Notes under the pieces: model-generated | What the model was told of the DNA's origin: nothing | Databases searched by the model: none | The model's input: only the letters and a program-made list of their open reading frames with translations | Made by a program: the position numbers and the translations under genes | NCBI GenBank assembly: GCA_951406725.2 | Contig: OX597827.1 | Span: 38,502,001 to 38,566,000 of the forward strand | DNA: 64,000 nt | Reading direction: 5' to 3' | DNA from: Octopus vulgaris | Lineage: Eukaryota | Shown here: positions 12,968 through 25,237 of the stretch, in pieces | Layout: the number at the start of each line of letters is the position of its first letter | Numbering within the stretch: position 1 is the first letter of the stretch

Positions 12968-13716
12968 GTAAGTAAAACAGAAAAGAAGTACCTTGCCTGC
13001 TTCAGCATCTTTGTTTAAAATAAGGCATCCTATATATCACTATTCCTTACCTTTAATACCTGCTCCTTGCAGCAGTCCTCTCCCCACCTCTCTCTACCCA
13101 TTTGATATAAGCTTTCAAATCTCTTCCCAGTCTATTTGGGATTTATTTTGTGGGCTAAAATTCTGTATGGCATTTATTTGTTGTATCTAGCCATCCAAAA
13201 TAGATAAAATCACTAGCAGTAATGTATTGAGAGCAAGTTAGTCAGCTTGAACCAAACCCACTTTTCCCACAAATTTGTGGTTTGATATAAAAATTAGAAA
13301 CTTTGTTGTTGCTATCCAAAGTTGTAAGTCAGTTGTTAGTCATTGGCCAAAACAATGGTGTGCCAAGTCAAATGTCCTATAGTCAGGGCTTATGAGAGTG
13401 TGTGGAGGGGACGGAGATCAAGGGAGAGCCTAGGAAGCCAAGAAGAAGCTCTAGGAATTTCTGGTGGGGAAGAGGAACTCTGCCTTGTGAAATTACTTTT
13501 GGAGACCTACAGAACTATTACCCAATTAGTTTTTGTGTTCAGATCCTGCCAGGATTTTTTTTTTAACTTTTATTATTTCAGTATTGATGCATATTGAATC
13601 AGTAAAGTACAATTTAATCAATTAAATATATCCTCAAAACATTTCTGAGTCAGTACTACATATTGATATCGTTGTTATTAAAGGAAAATTGGCAAAATTA
13701 GTTGTCAACGAACAAC

Positions 13717-14300
13717 TAGACAATGTAACATCATAACAGTCAACAGCGTGACATCATAATATTTGACAGTTTGATACCATAACAATGGACAGTGTAACAC
13801 CATAGCATTCAACATTGTGACATCATAATATTTGACAGTATGACACCATAACAATGAACAGTATAATACCATGACATTCAACATTGCAACATCATATTTG
13901 ACAGTATGACATCATAACAATGGACAGTGTGACACCATAACATTCAACATTGTGACATCATAATATTTGACAGTTTGATACCATTACAATGGACAGTGTG
14001 ACACCATAACATTCAACATTATATTTGGATAACTTGATACCATTACAATGGACAGTGTGACACCATAACATTCAACATTATATTTGGATAACTTGATACC
14101 ATAACAATGGACAATGTAACACCATAACATGCAACATTGCGCCCTCATAATATTTGACAGTTTGATACCATAACAAAGGATAGTGTAACACCATAACAGT
14201 CAACAGTGTAATACTAAAGCAGTCAGCAGTGTGACATTATAACAGTCAGTAGTGTAATATATAAAATTTGACGGTATAACATCATGACAGTCAATAGTGC
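13717..14300. repeat. 23-bp minisatellite with 69-bp higher-order trimer
   Basis: Units TGGACAGTGTGACACCATAACAT / TCAACATTGTGACATCATAATAT / TTGACAGTTTGATACCATAACAA; TGGACAGTG recurs at 13921 and 13990. Confidence 0.88.
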
Positions 14301-14639
14301 AATAGAGGAAGATATGAATTAAGGAAGAATTGGCTACTTGCAATAGAAGCCAAATCTCTTCAAATAACACCCTACATTCTTAAAAACAAAAAAACACATT
14401 GTACCAAATAGGATGTTTATGGCTTTAATGTACCTTTGATTAAACGTCTGCGTGATCAGGATGACCTCAATCAGACCAACAACAGTGCAACTATATAACA
14501 GCCAGCTGTCTCCTGTTGTGAATGTAACTTTACACATCTTCCATTCATCACCACATTTCCTGCCTTCTCTGTAATGTTCCTATTGTGTCCACAATCCTCT
14601 TTCCTCCTGGTAACAGTTCCCTACATGTTACATTTACAG

Positions 14640-14808
14640 GTTACACATAGGCAAAGGTGTACAGCTGGATTGTCGGGGTGAAGGTGACGTCTGGATTAAA
14701 TGTCTAAGTGATCATAGTGTGTTTGTGCAATCATATTACCTCGACAGGGAGGCTGGTCGAGCTCCTGGTGATGCTGTCCACAAGATATATCCTGTAGCAT
14801 ATATCAAA
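14640..14808 (+). CDS. SMAD4: SMAD4 MH2 exon (169 nt)
   Basis: TTTACAG acceptor, GTAAGT donor. [56 protein letters not shown] is near-identical to SMAD4, and the phase matches the flanking exons. Confidence 0.98.
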
Positions 14809-14909
14809 GTAAGTATTCTCTTGGCTCTTGGGACATTATATTGTATCAGTTGGTATCTCTACTAGTATAATATGTTGAATGTAATGCATAGCATGTCATA
14901 TCTTCTGCA

Positions 14910-14952
<43 letters not shown>

Positions 14953-16808
14953 CACACACACACAAATTAATATGGCACATACACAGCAAGGCTCACATAG
15001 TAATATATTTATACATATACACCATCATCATCATCATCATAATCATCATCATCATCATCATCTTTATCATCATCATCCTTATCATTATCATCATCATCAT
15101 CATCATCGTTTTAATGTTTAATTTTCCATGCTTGCATGTGTTGAACAGAAGTTATTGAGGCAGATTTTCTACAGCTATATGCCCTTGCTGTCGCCAGCCC
15201 TCACTTGTTTCCAAGCAAAGTAATATTTCCGCTGGGCTGGACATGCTTTTGCAAAATATTGGGAATGAAGGACACTCATCTGCAACTATCACACTATGTC
15301 AAGACAAGGTGACACAAACATGCACATGCACACACTTTTTCTAACCGAAGACAGAATTGTTAGCATGCTGGGCAGAAATGCTTAGCAGTATTTCATGCTG
15401 TCTTTATGGTCATCATTCCTCATTGTTTGACATCCACCATATATGCTAGCATGGGTGGAATGGTTTCACAAGAGCCAGCCAGGCAGAAACCTGCACCAGG
15501 CTTCTATGACTGTTTTGGCAGGATTTTTTTCAGCTGGATGCCCTTCCACACACCAACCATTCAGCAGAATGGGCTTAATGCTTTATTCATGGTAGAAGCA
15601 CAGGTGAGGTCAGTTTTTCATCCTTTCAAGGTCAATAAGATAAGTACCAGTTGAGCGTTGAGGTTGATGTAATTGACTTAACTACTCTTGGGTATGAGTA
15701 CAAAAAAAAGAAAAAAACTGCATCCCTCAGCAAAGCCATGACGATCCAATGTGACAGAGTAGGATCCCAAGTCATTCCCTACTGGAGAGAACAAGTTGAG
15801 GCTTTTATCCTGTAGTGGATTGAACTCAGGCAATCTAATCTAATCTAATTTATAGCTTTATGTATTTCAAGTGCCACTATTCCAAAAAAGAATTATTTCA
15901 CATTCTCTTGAAAGTGTATACATTCTTATGATATCAGCGATACATACATATGTATGTATGTATATATAACAAAAAGGCAATTTGTTTATTTGTGCCTTTT
16001 GGTTTTAAATTATGTCTGGCCACTTTAATAATTTTATATATATATGTCATCATCATCATCATCATCGTTTAACATCTGCTTTCCATGCTGGCATTGGTTG
16101 GATGGTTTGACTGGGGACTTGTGAGCCAGATGGCTGCACCAGGCTCCAATCTGATCTGGCAGAGTTTCTACAGTTGGATACCCTTCCTAACGCCAACCAG
16201 TCCAAAAGTGTAGTGGGTGCTTTTACATGCCACCAGCATGAGGGCCAGTCAGGCGGTAATGGCAACAGCCATGTTCAAATGGTGTTTTTACATGGAGGGC
16301 CAGTCAGGCAGTACTGGCAATGACCATGCTCAAATGGTGTTTTTACGTGTCACCTGCACAGGAACCAGTCCAGCGGCACTGGCAACACCCCCACTCGAAT
16401 GTTGTTTTTCACGTATCACAATCATCATCATCATTTAACATCCGCATTCCATGCTGGCATGGGTTGGACAGTTTGAGCTGTCCAGACTTCAGTTGTCTAT
16501 TATAGCTTGAATTGTATGGCTGGTTGCCCCTCCTTATGTACAACAAGCTTATTTCAGTATCTGTCTACCAAATCCACTTGCAAGGCTTTGATCAGCCCAG
16601 GGCTATAGTAGAAGGCATTTGTCCACAGTACCATGCAGTGGGACTGAACCTGAAACCTTACAATTGGGAAGGAAACTTCTTAACCACACAGCCACCCTTG
16701 TACCTATACACATACACAAAAATCACGCACATACACACAAACACATACACACATGCACACACACACATGCACACAGAGTGACATTAGTCTCTTATTTTCT
16801 CTTTGAAG

Positions 16809-16947
16809 GTATTTGATATACGACAGTGTCATTGTCAGATGCAGCAGCAAGCAGCCACTGCCCAGGCAGCAGCAGCTGCACAAGCAGCAGCCGTGGCAGG
16901 TAATGTGCCAGGACCTGCTTCTGTTGGTGGTATTGCTCCTGCTGTAG
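16809..16947 (+). CDS. SMAD4: SMAD4 MH2 exon with the co-SMAD-specific Gln/Ala-rich insert (139 nt)
   Basis: TTTGAAG acceptor, GTAAGT donor. [46 protein letters not shown] is diagnostic of SMAD4/Medea rather than R-SMADs. Confidence 0.98.
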
Positions 16948-17142
16948 GTAAGTATCAAGGTGCTTCATAATCCACCCTTCATGTTTATACCTGACCTATA
17001 CAATCTCCACCCCCAATCAACAAGACAATAATTAGCAAATGTGTGAGAACTGTATTGACAACACAATATCTCAGGTGTGATTTTTTTTTTACTTTACAGG
17101 ATATTCATTAGGAAGTGAGGTATTTTTAATATAGTTTTTTAG

Positions 17143-17364
17143 CCCTTTTGATACCATATTTCTGTTGAGATGCTCTGTGTTTCTTTCAATTAACTTGAAA
17201 TATAACAAAGAATTTAGTAAAATAACTTAATTATCATTTAGCTAGTGTTAGGAACATAAACTGTGACTAAGGTTTGGTGAGAGATTTTAATTCAAAACTT
17301 TTGAAAATAAGACATTTGTACGACAGAGCTAAAGGCTGTTTCAGCCAGGTTGGTATCAAAAGGG
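17143..17364. mobile_element. piggyBac-like MITE, second copy
   Basis: 13-bp TIR CCCTTTTGATACC/GGTATCAAAAGGG followed by TTAA; body matches 7040-7250. Confidence 0.75.
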
Positions 17365-17429
17365 TTAAATTTGCTGGCCTTGTGTCAAAATTTGAAACAA
17401 TTACTGTTATCATTATTATAATTATTATA

Positions 17430-17470
<41 letters not shown>

Positions 17471-17750
17471 GGCGATGAGCTGGCAGAATTGTTATCACGC
17501 TGGGCAAAATGCTTAGTGGTATTTCGTCTGTCACTACATTCTGAGTATAGATTCTGATGAGGTCGACTTTGCTTTTCATCCTTTTGGGGTCAATAAATTA
17601 AGTGCCAGTGAAACACTGGTGGGTCAATGTATTCAACTAGTCCTCCCCACCCCCTAAATTTCAGGCCTTTTGCCTATAGTAGAAAGAATTATTATTATTA
17701 TTATTATTATTAGAAACAATTGTTATTTATGTTATTTCTTTTCTCTACAG

Positions 17751-17980
17751 GTTTGTCTGCTGTGGCTGGGATAGGGGTCGATGATCTACGTCGCCTGTGC
17801 ATCCTGCGATTAAGTTTTGTGAAAGGCTGGGGCCCCGACTACCCACGCGCTAGCATCAAAGAGACGCCCTGCTGGATTGAAGTGCAACTCCACCGACCTC
17901 TACAGTTACTTGACCAAGTCCTGCAAGCTATGCCACTTAGTGATCCTCGACCAACTCGACTGATTCCATGGATGAATTGA
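17751..17980 (+). CDS. SMAD4: SMAD4 last coding exon
   Basis: TTTCTCTACAG acceptor. [76 protein letters not shown]; there is no SSxS motif, as expected for a co-SMAD. Confidence 0.97.
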
Positions 17981-18156
17981 TTGGTTGGTCGACTTATTGA
18001 ACATCCTTCCATTGACTCCATCTTTCCCACCACCACCGCCACCACCACCACCCCTCCAATTCTTCCTCGTTACCCACACACACACATACGTACATACAAA
18101 CACATATATATATCACATATATATATATATATCATATATATCACACACGCATACAG

Positions 18157-18187
<31 letters not shown>

Positions 18188-18207
18188 ATCACATGAATAT
18201 GGTTTCA

Positions 18208-18213
18208 AATAAA
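18208..18213 (+). promoter_or_regulatory. Candidate proximal polyadenylation signal of SMAD4
   Basis: First AATAAA after the stop codon; others lie near 18329 and 18396. Which site is used cannot be determined from sequence. Confidence 0.25.
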
Positions 18214-18800
18214 CAATAACAACAACAACAGCAACTGTTACTATAACTGCAACGGCAGTTCCAACAACAATAACAACTATTATTACTACGACTACTACTA
18301 CAACTACTACTACTACTACTATTAGTACAATAAACTGCAACTGATATTACAATTACGACTACTGCATCAACAACAATAATACATTCGAAAATTAAAATAA
18401 AATTAAAAGAAAACGTAAAAGAAAAAAGAAACGCTCTCTTTCTGGTGTCTCCTCATTATTTGTCTATACGACTCGGTTTCTTTGTTTCCAGTGTGCATGG
18501 GTGTGAGTCTTTTGTTGTTCATGTAAGTATGTCAATATATCCGTTTATTTGCCTCTGTACATTTGTATGTCTGTTTATCTGTGTGTTTGTGTGTATATGT
18601 ATGTGTGTGTTGTGTTTTTTTTAATGTCTGTCTACATGTGCATTTGTCTATGTTCCTCTCTTTCTATTTTTATATCGACTGGTTTGTAGCATCTGTCTAT
18701 CTATATGTTTATCTGTCTCAAAACCTCTATCTTTCTATCAAACTATTTCTCTTTATTTACTTATTTCTCAGAGCTAAATGTGTGTGTGCATTTATTTATT

Positions 18801-18853
<53 letters not shown>

Positions 18854-19086
18854 ATATATATATATATATATAAAATTTTTAAAAAAACACCTTTTATCAA
18901 TTCAAAATGAACAATTAAATTACACCATCTAGAAAATAACATATAATAGAAATATATATATAAAAGAAATATATATTTTATATATATATTATATTGTGTG
19001 AAATTTGATTTAGTATTTCTAAATTGAATATTTTTCCTTGTAAGTTTGGATTTTATTCCCTCAAATAATAATTATATATATATATA

Positions 19087-19398
19087 ATCTGAAGTGTTAT
19101 ATCCATTATGGCCAATCTTACCAATCAGTTTCGTGTTAGGTATTCAATGGAGTGTTACGTAACAATCTGATTATGTAACCCTGCGCTCATCAAAGGTAGC
19201 CATTATGGAACAAATGAAATATGGTGACTGCTCTCACCTCCAGCAACAGAGAGCTGGCACCATATTCCATTCCATAACAGCTATCTCTGATGGGCGCAGG
19301 GTTACATAATCAGATTATTAACACTCCATTAAATCCCTAGTGTGAAACCAATTGATTAGATCAGCCATAATAGATATATAATACTGTACGCTTCAGAT
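19087..19398. mobile_element. Palindromic (fold-back) MITE, ~150-bp arms
   Basis: ATCTGAAG...CTTCAGAT ends. The internal arm TCTGATTATGTAACCCTGCGC pairs with GCGCAGGGTTACATAATCAGA around a short central loop. Confidence 0.8.
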
Positions 19399-19409
19399 AA
19401 CTTTTATAT

Positions 19410-20730
19410 TATCATCATCATTGTTGTTTAATGTCTGCTTTCCATGCTGGCATGGGTTGGACGGTTTGGCTGAGGACTTGTTCCAGACTGATCTGGCAAG
19501 GTTTCTACAGCTAGATGCCCTTCATAACACCAACCACTCCGAGAGTGTAGTGGGTGCTTTTTATGTGCCACCAGCATGGGAGTCAGTCAGGTGGCACTGG
19601 CATTGACCACACTTGTATGGTGCTTTTTATGTGCCACTGGTATGGGAGCTAGTCTAGTGGCACTGGCATCGACCATGCTCAAATGGTGCTTTTCACGTGC
19701 CAGTCAGGCGGTACTAGCATCAGCCATGACAATAATTTCACTCGATTCAACAGGTCTTCTCAAGCACAGCATATTGCCCGATGATTGAAGGCAACTTTTA
19801 AATGGGCTGGTTATGTGACACTAACATAGGCCATGGCTATGATCTCACTTGGCTTGCCTGGTCTTCTCAAGCACAGTATATCTCCAAAGGTCTCAGTCAC
19901 TTGTCATTGCCTCTGTGAGGCCCACCATTTGAAGGTCGTGCTTCACCACCTCATCCCAAGTCTTCCTAGATCAACCTCTTCCACAGGTTCCTTCCACTTT
20001 TAGGGTGTGATACCTCTTCACACAGCTGTCCTCATCCATACGTAACACGTGACCATACCAGCACAGTCTTCTCTCTTGTAGACTATAGCCTACACTGCCA
20101 GATATTTTAAGCATCTCTGCAGTGATTCTTGATGGGTTAGGGACTTTCCCTGTCTTCATTCTGTTAATTGCTTTATCTACCAAGGTACCGTCACAATTCG
20201 GATAGCTGGTCCCTCTGTTGGGTCGACATGTGGCAGACACACTTTCTCCCATTTATTCTCTTCATTTAGCAACTTTTCATAGTGGCATCTCCAAGTCTCT
20301 CTCTTTGCAGCATCGTTAAATGCAAGTGAGCTATCATCCATGCAGGCGCATTTCTCTCCTTTCACATCATGATTCTTTCTCACACATTGTCTTGCAACAC
20401 AAAATACTTCAAGTCTTTGGTCCTCATGACGCAGAACATTGACAAACTTATTCTTATCAGCTCCCCCTCTGGCTAAGTAAACCTGTCTCCAAACTTCTCT
20501 TCTGGCGATCTGATACAGTTCTCTGCTACCACCGCTCTTTCAGTTCTTCCATGCCTGTTTCTTTTCTCTAATGGCCCTGTCAACTACATTGTTCCACCAC
20601 CACATTACCTTAGGTTGAGAGGGGACTTTACACCATCCAAAGATGTGATCAGTAGCCCTCAACAGGTTGTGCCATAGGAACTTCCAGTTGCCTTCCACAT
20701 TATGTAATGGTATGTCCTCCTCTTTTTCAT
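19410..20730 (-). mobile_element. Internally deleted RTE LINE with 3' UTR and (ATG)n tail
   Basis: Minus-strand motifs WWWNNVVDRAIREKK, WRCHYEKLLN, AINRMKTGKVPNPSRITAEMLK, then an abrupt jump to RRLCWYGHVLRMDEDSCVKR...GRG; the RT core is missing. Confidence 0.9.
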
Positions 20731-20958
20731 CAGAACCTCCTCAAGAAAATGGATCATTAAAATAAAAATGTTGGTTGCAAGTGCCACTAAATGTTAGATT
20801 ATATTTCTCATGAAGTGAAGATTATTTCAATAAGTCAGGAATCTATTTTGTATGGTATTTTGTATACCTTTCTTTGTCCTTGCTATCCAAACTAATGTCA
20901 CTGTCCACTCTGTTATAATTATGCAAATTACCATAAGTCATAAACATGTTTTGTATAT

Positions 20959-22389
20959 AGGCATGGCTGTGTGGTAAAAAGTTTGCTTTCCAACCACATG
21001 GCTCCAGGTTCAATCCCACTGTGTGGTACCTTGAGCAAGAGTTTTCTTATTTCTTTATTGCCCACAAGGGGCTAAACATAGAGGGGACAAACAAGGACAG
21101 ACAAAGGGATTAAGTCGATTATATCGACCCCAGTGCATAACTGGTACCTATTTAATCGACCCCCAAGAGGATGAAAGGCAAAGTTGACCTCAGCGGAATT
21201 TGAACTCAGAACGTAGCGGCAGACGAAATACCGCTAAGCAGTTCGTCTGGCATGCTAACATTTCTGCCAGCTCGCCACCTTACAAAAGTTTTCTACTATA
21301 GCCCTGGGCTGACTAAAGCCTTGTCAGTGGATATGGCAGGTCGAAACCAAGAGAAGCTTGTTGTATAAATATATCTTTGCGTTTGTCCTCTACCACTGCT
21401 TGACAATTGGTGTTGGTTTCTTTACATCCCCGTAGCTTAAAAGCTCAACAAATGAGACTGAAAGAATAAGTATCAGACTTTCAAAAATAAGTACTGGAAT
21501 CGATTTTTGACTAAAACACTCCAAAGTGGCACCCCTGCTCAAACAAGTAAAAGATTATATATATAAAATATATAAAAAGGTTATATATATAGGCGCAGGA
21601 GTGGCTGTGTGGTAAGTAGCTTGCTAACCAACCACATGGTTCCGGGTTCAGTCCCACTGCGTGGCATCTTGGGCAAGTGTCTTCTGCTATAGCCCCGGGC
21701 CGACCAATGCCTTGTGAGTGGATTTGGTAGACGGAAACTGGAAGAAGCCTGTCGTATATATGTATATATATATATATGTATGCGTTTGTGTGTCTGTGTT
21801 TGTCCCCACTAGCATTGCTTGACAACCGATGCTGGTATGTTTATGTCCCCGTTACTTAGCGGTTCAGCATAAGAGACCGATAGAATAAGTACTGGGCTTA
21901 CAAACGAATAAGTCCCGGGGTCGAGTTACTCGATTAAAGGCGGTGCTCCAGCATGGCCGCAGTCATATGACAGAAACAAGTAAAGAAAAATATAGGTGTT
22001 ATATACATAGGCATAGGAGTGGCTGTATAGTAAGTAGCTTGCTTACGAACCACGTGGTTCCGGGTTCAGTCCCACTGCGTGGCACCTGGGGCAAGTGTCT
22101 TCTACTATAGCCTCAGGCCGACCAAAGCCTTGTGAGTGGATTTGGTAGGCGGAAACTGAAAGAAGCCCATTGTATATATATATATGTATGTGTGTCTGTG
22201 TTTGTCCCCCCAACATCGCTTGACAACCGATGCTGGTGTATTTACGTTCCCGTAACTTAGCGGTTTGGCAAAAGAGACTGATAGAATAAGTACTAGGCTT
22301 ACAACGAATAAGTCCTGGGGTTGATTTGCTCGACTAAGGATGGTGCTCGAGCATGGCCACAGTCACATGACTGAAACAAGTAAAAGAGT
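20959..22389 (+). mobile_element. Cluster of three tandem CORE-type SINEs; the first contains a nested reverse SINE (21043-21280)
   Basis: AGGCGCAGGAGTGGCTGTGTGGTAAG (A-box-like)...GGTTCAGTCCC (B-box-like)...TTGGGCAAGT...GAAACAAGTAAAAGAG at 20959, 21591 and 22009. Further + copies at ~33584, 35416, 38481 and 43929. Confidence 0.9.
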
Positions 22390-23138
22390 ATATATATAAA
22401 ATATTTATATATACATATGGCATTAGGAAGGGTATCAAGCTGCAGAAACATTGCCTGGTCATATTGGAGACTGGTGTGGCCTCCTGGCTTGGCACTCCCC
22501 AGTTAAAACTGCGTGTCCCATGCCAGCATGGAAAACGGATGTTAAATGATGAGAATAGGAATTGAACAGACAGATTGTGTTTGGGCGGGTCAGTTTGCAA
22601 GAGTATGAAAAGAATAGGACAGTTGATTAGAGATAAATATTCAGGTGGATGCAGTAAACATCATTTGGGGTAACGGTGGGTGAAGGAAATATGTATTTAT
22701 CAAATACTTATCCATCTAACCTATGCCAGCATACAAAAACAGGTGTATAACAAACAAATATGTGTGTGAAGGTACATAACCTATTGTTCGGCACACAACC
22801 ACATATGGCATAGTGGTTAAGAGCGCGGGCTACTAACCCCAAGATTCCAAGTTCGATTCCAAGCAGTGACCTAAACAACAACAGTAATAATAATAATGAC
22901 ATCAAAAAATACCTTAGAAATGAGAACCCAGGTTCAAAATTTTCCCAAGACACCTGATGAAGGCTGGAGAGTATATCAGCCAAAACGTGTTAACAACAAA
23001 CAAGATGAGGACAAATATCCGTCGAATGTAAATAATGTACATAATTCCTCATCTCTTAAATATAGGACTACTAATCTTAAGATCATGAGTTTGATTCCTG
23101 ACCCAAGTGATATGTTGTATCCATGTGCAAAGCACTTC

Positions 23139-24160
23139 TTTTGACATTGCTCCAAGTCTCCACCCAGCTGAGAACTGAGTAGCAATTGAGTGCCACTGCA
23201 GCCCTCCATATTTCCAGCTGTCACTTCTTTGATATTCTTCTGGATCATGGGTGAACCAAGCATGTCTGTGTCTGACCATGGTGACCTTGGTATATTTGCT
23301 TGCAAGTGACAGCTGTACTTTTATATACATCACTCTGTAAAGACTTTACAGTAAAGTGGTTGACACTAGGAAGGGCATCCAGCTGTAGAAACCATGCCAA
23401 AACAGACAGTGGAGCTTGGTGCAGTCCTCTGGCTTGTCAGCTCCTGTCAAACTGTCCAAACCATGCCAACATGGAAAATTTTGACATTGCTCCAAGTCTC
23501 CACCCAGCTGAGAACTGAGTAGCAATTGAGTGCCACTGCAGCCCTCCATATTTCCAGCTGTCACTTCTTTGATATTCTTCTGGATCATGGGTGAACCAAG
23601 CATGTCTGTGTCTGACCATGGTGACCTTGGTATATTTGCTTGCAAGTGACAGCTGTACTTTTATATACATCACTCTGTAAAGACTTTACAGTAAAGTGGT
23701 TGACACTAGGAAGGGCATCCAGCTGTAGAAACCATGCCAAAACAGACAGTGGAGCTTGGTGCAGTCCTCTGGCTTGTCAGCTCCTGTCAAACTGTCCAAA
23801 CCATGCCAACATGGAAAATTTTGACATTGCTCCAAGTCTCCACCCAGCTGAGAACTGAGTAGCAATTGAGTGCCACTGCAGCCCTCCATATTTCCAGCTG
23901 TCACTTCTTTGATATTCTTCTGGATCATGGGTGAACCAAGCATGTCTGTGTCTGACCATGGTGACCTTGGTATATTTGCTTGCAAGTGACAGCTGTACTT
24001 TTATATACATCACTCTGTAAAGACTTTACAGTAAAGTGGTTGACACTAGGAAGGGCATCCAGCTGTAGAAACCATGCCAAAAACAGACAGTGGAGCTTGG
24101 TGCAGTCCTCTGGCTTGTCAGCTCCTGTCAAACTGTCCAAACCATGCCAACATGGAAAAT
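23139..24160. repeat. Near-perfect tandem triplication of a 340-bp unit
   Basis: TTTTGACATTGCTCCAAG starts at 23139, 23479 and 23819; identical ORFs recur at +340 in the ORF track. Confidence 0.97.
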
Positions 24161-24213
24161 GGACATTAAATAATGATGTTATATATGTGTGTGGTGGGAG
24201 TGTGCTAAATTTG

Positions 24214-24550
24214 AAGGCACATGGCTCAGTGGTTAAAGTGTCAGACTCACAATCATGAGATAGTGAGTTCAATTCCTGGACCAAGCTGTGTTGTGTCCTT
24301 GAGCAAGACACTTTATTTCATGTTGCTCCAGTTCACTCAGCTGTAGAAATGAGATGCGATGTCACTGGTGCTAAGCTATATCAGCCTTTGCCTTTCCCTT
24401 GGATAACATCGGTGACATGGAGTGGGGAGGCTGGTAGGCATGGGTGACTGCTGGTCTTCCATAAACAACCTTGCACAGATTTGTGCCTCAGAGGAGAACT
24501 TTCTAGGTGCAATCCCATGGTCATTCGTGACCAAAGGGAATCTTTACCCT
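24214..24550 (+). mobile_element. Third tRNA-derived SINE family
   Basis: TGGCTCAGTGG A-box, GAGTTCAATTCC B-box, GTGTTGTGTCCTTGAGCAAGACACTT core; second copy at ~39600-39920. Confidence 0.75.
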
Positions 24551-25181
24551 TTATGTGGCTAAGCAGTTTGCTTCCCAACTATGTGGTCTGCAATTCAATC
24601 CTACTGCATGGCACCTTGGGCATGTGTCTTTTACCCAAACTTCAGACCAACAAAAACCCTCTGAGTGAATTTGTTTGACAGAAATTGAAAGAAACCTGTT
24701 GTATATGAATGTGTGTGAGTGTACCCTTGTCTAGAAATCATGTGATGGTTGTAAATGATTATCACTATCATAAAAGCAATGTTGCTCATTTTCATTCTTG
24801 TGTGAAAAGCATGTCTGATCATGGGGAAATATTTAATTGCTTGGAAACAAATGAGGATTCACGACAGGTAAGGCATTTGGCTGTAGAAAATGTAACTCAA
24901 CAAATTATGTCTGGAGAAGTTGACATTAAATGATGATGTATGTATATATCTTTTTGCCTATATGCTTACTTTACTATCTGCCTCTCTATATACCTGTCTC
25001 TTTCACACACACACGAATATATATGTTTCTATGTGTTTCTGTCTAATTAAGCATCTTGTTTGTTGTTTGTCTTCTTGTTTATCCAACCATCAATATATGT
25101 ATAACTATTAACCTATTTATGTATCTGAAAAAATATTTATGCCTGTCAATATCTATGGTGACAGCTATATATTTCTCTCTC

Positions 25182-25230
<49 letters not shown>

Positions 25231-25237
25231 AAATATA

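Noticed and set aside
11888-14300. Regularly spaced short repeats resembling a CRISPR array
   Set aside because: Head-to-tail degenerate monomers with no unique spacers, in a eukaryotic intron with no cas genes.
22806-22870. Apparent tRNA gene; similar heads at 24214, 32720-32782 and in all SINEs
   Set aside because: A and B boxes are present but there is no complete acceptor stem or T-run terminator; these are SINE-type heads.
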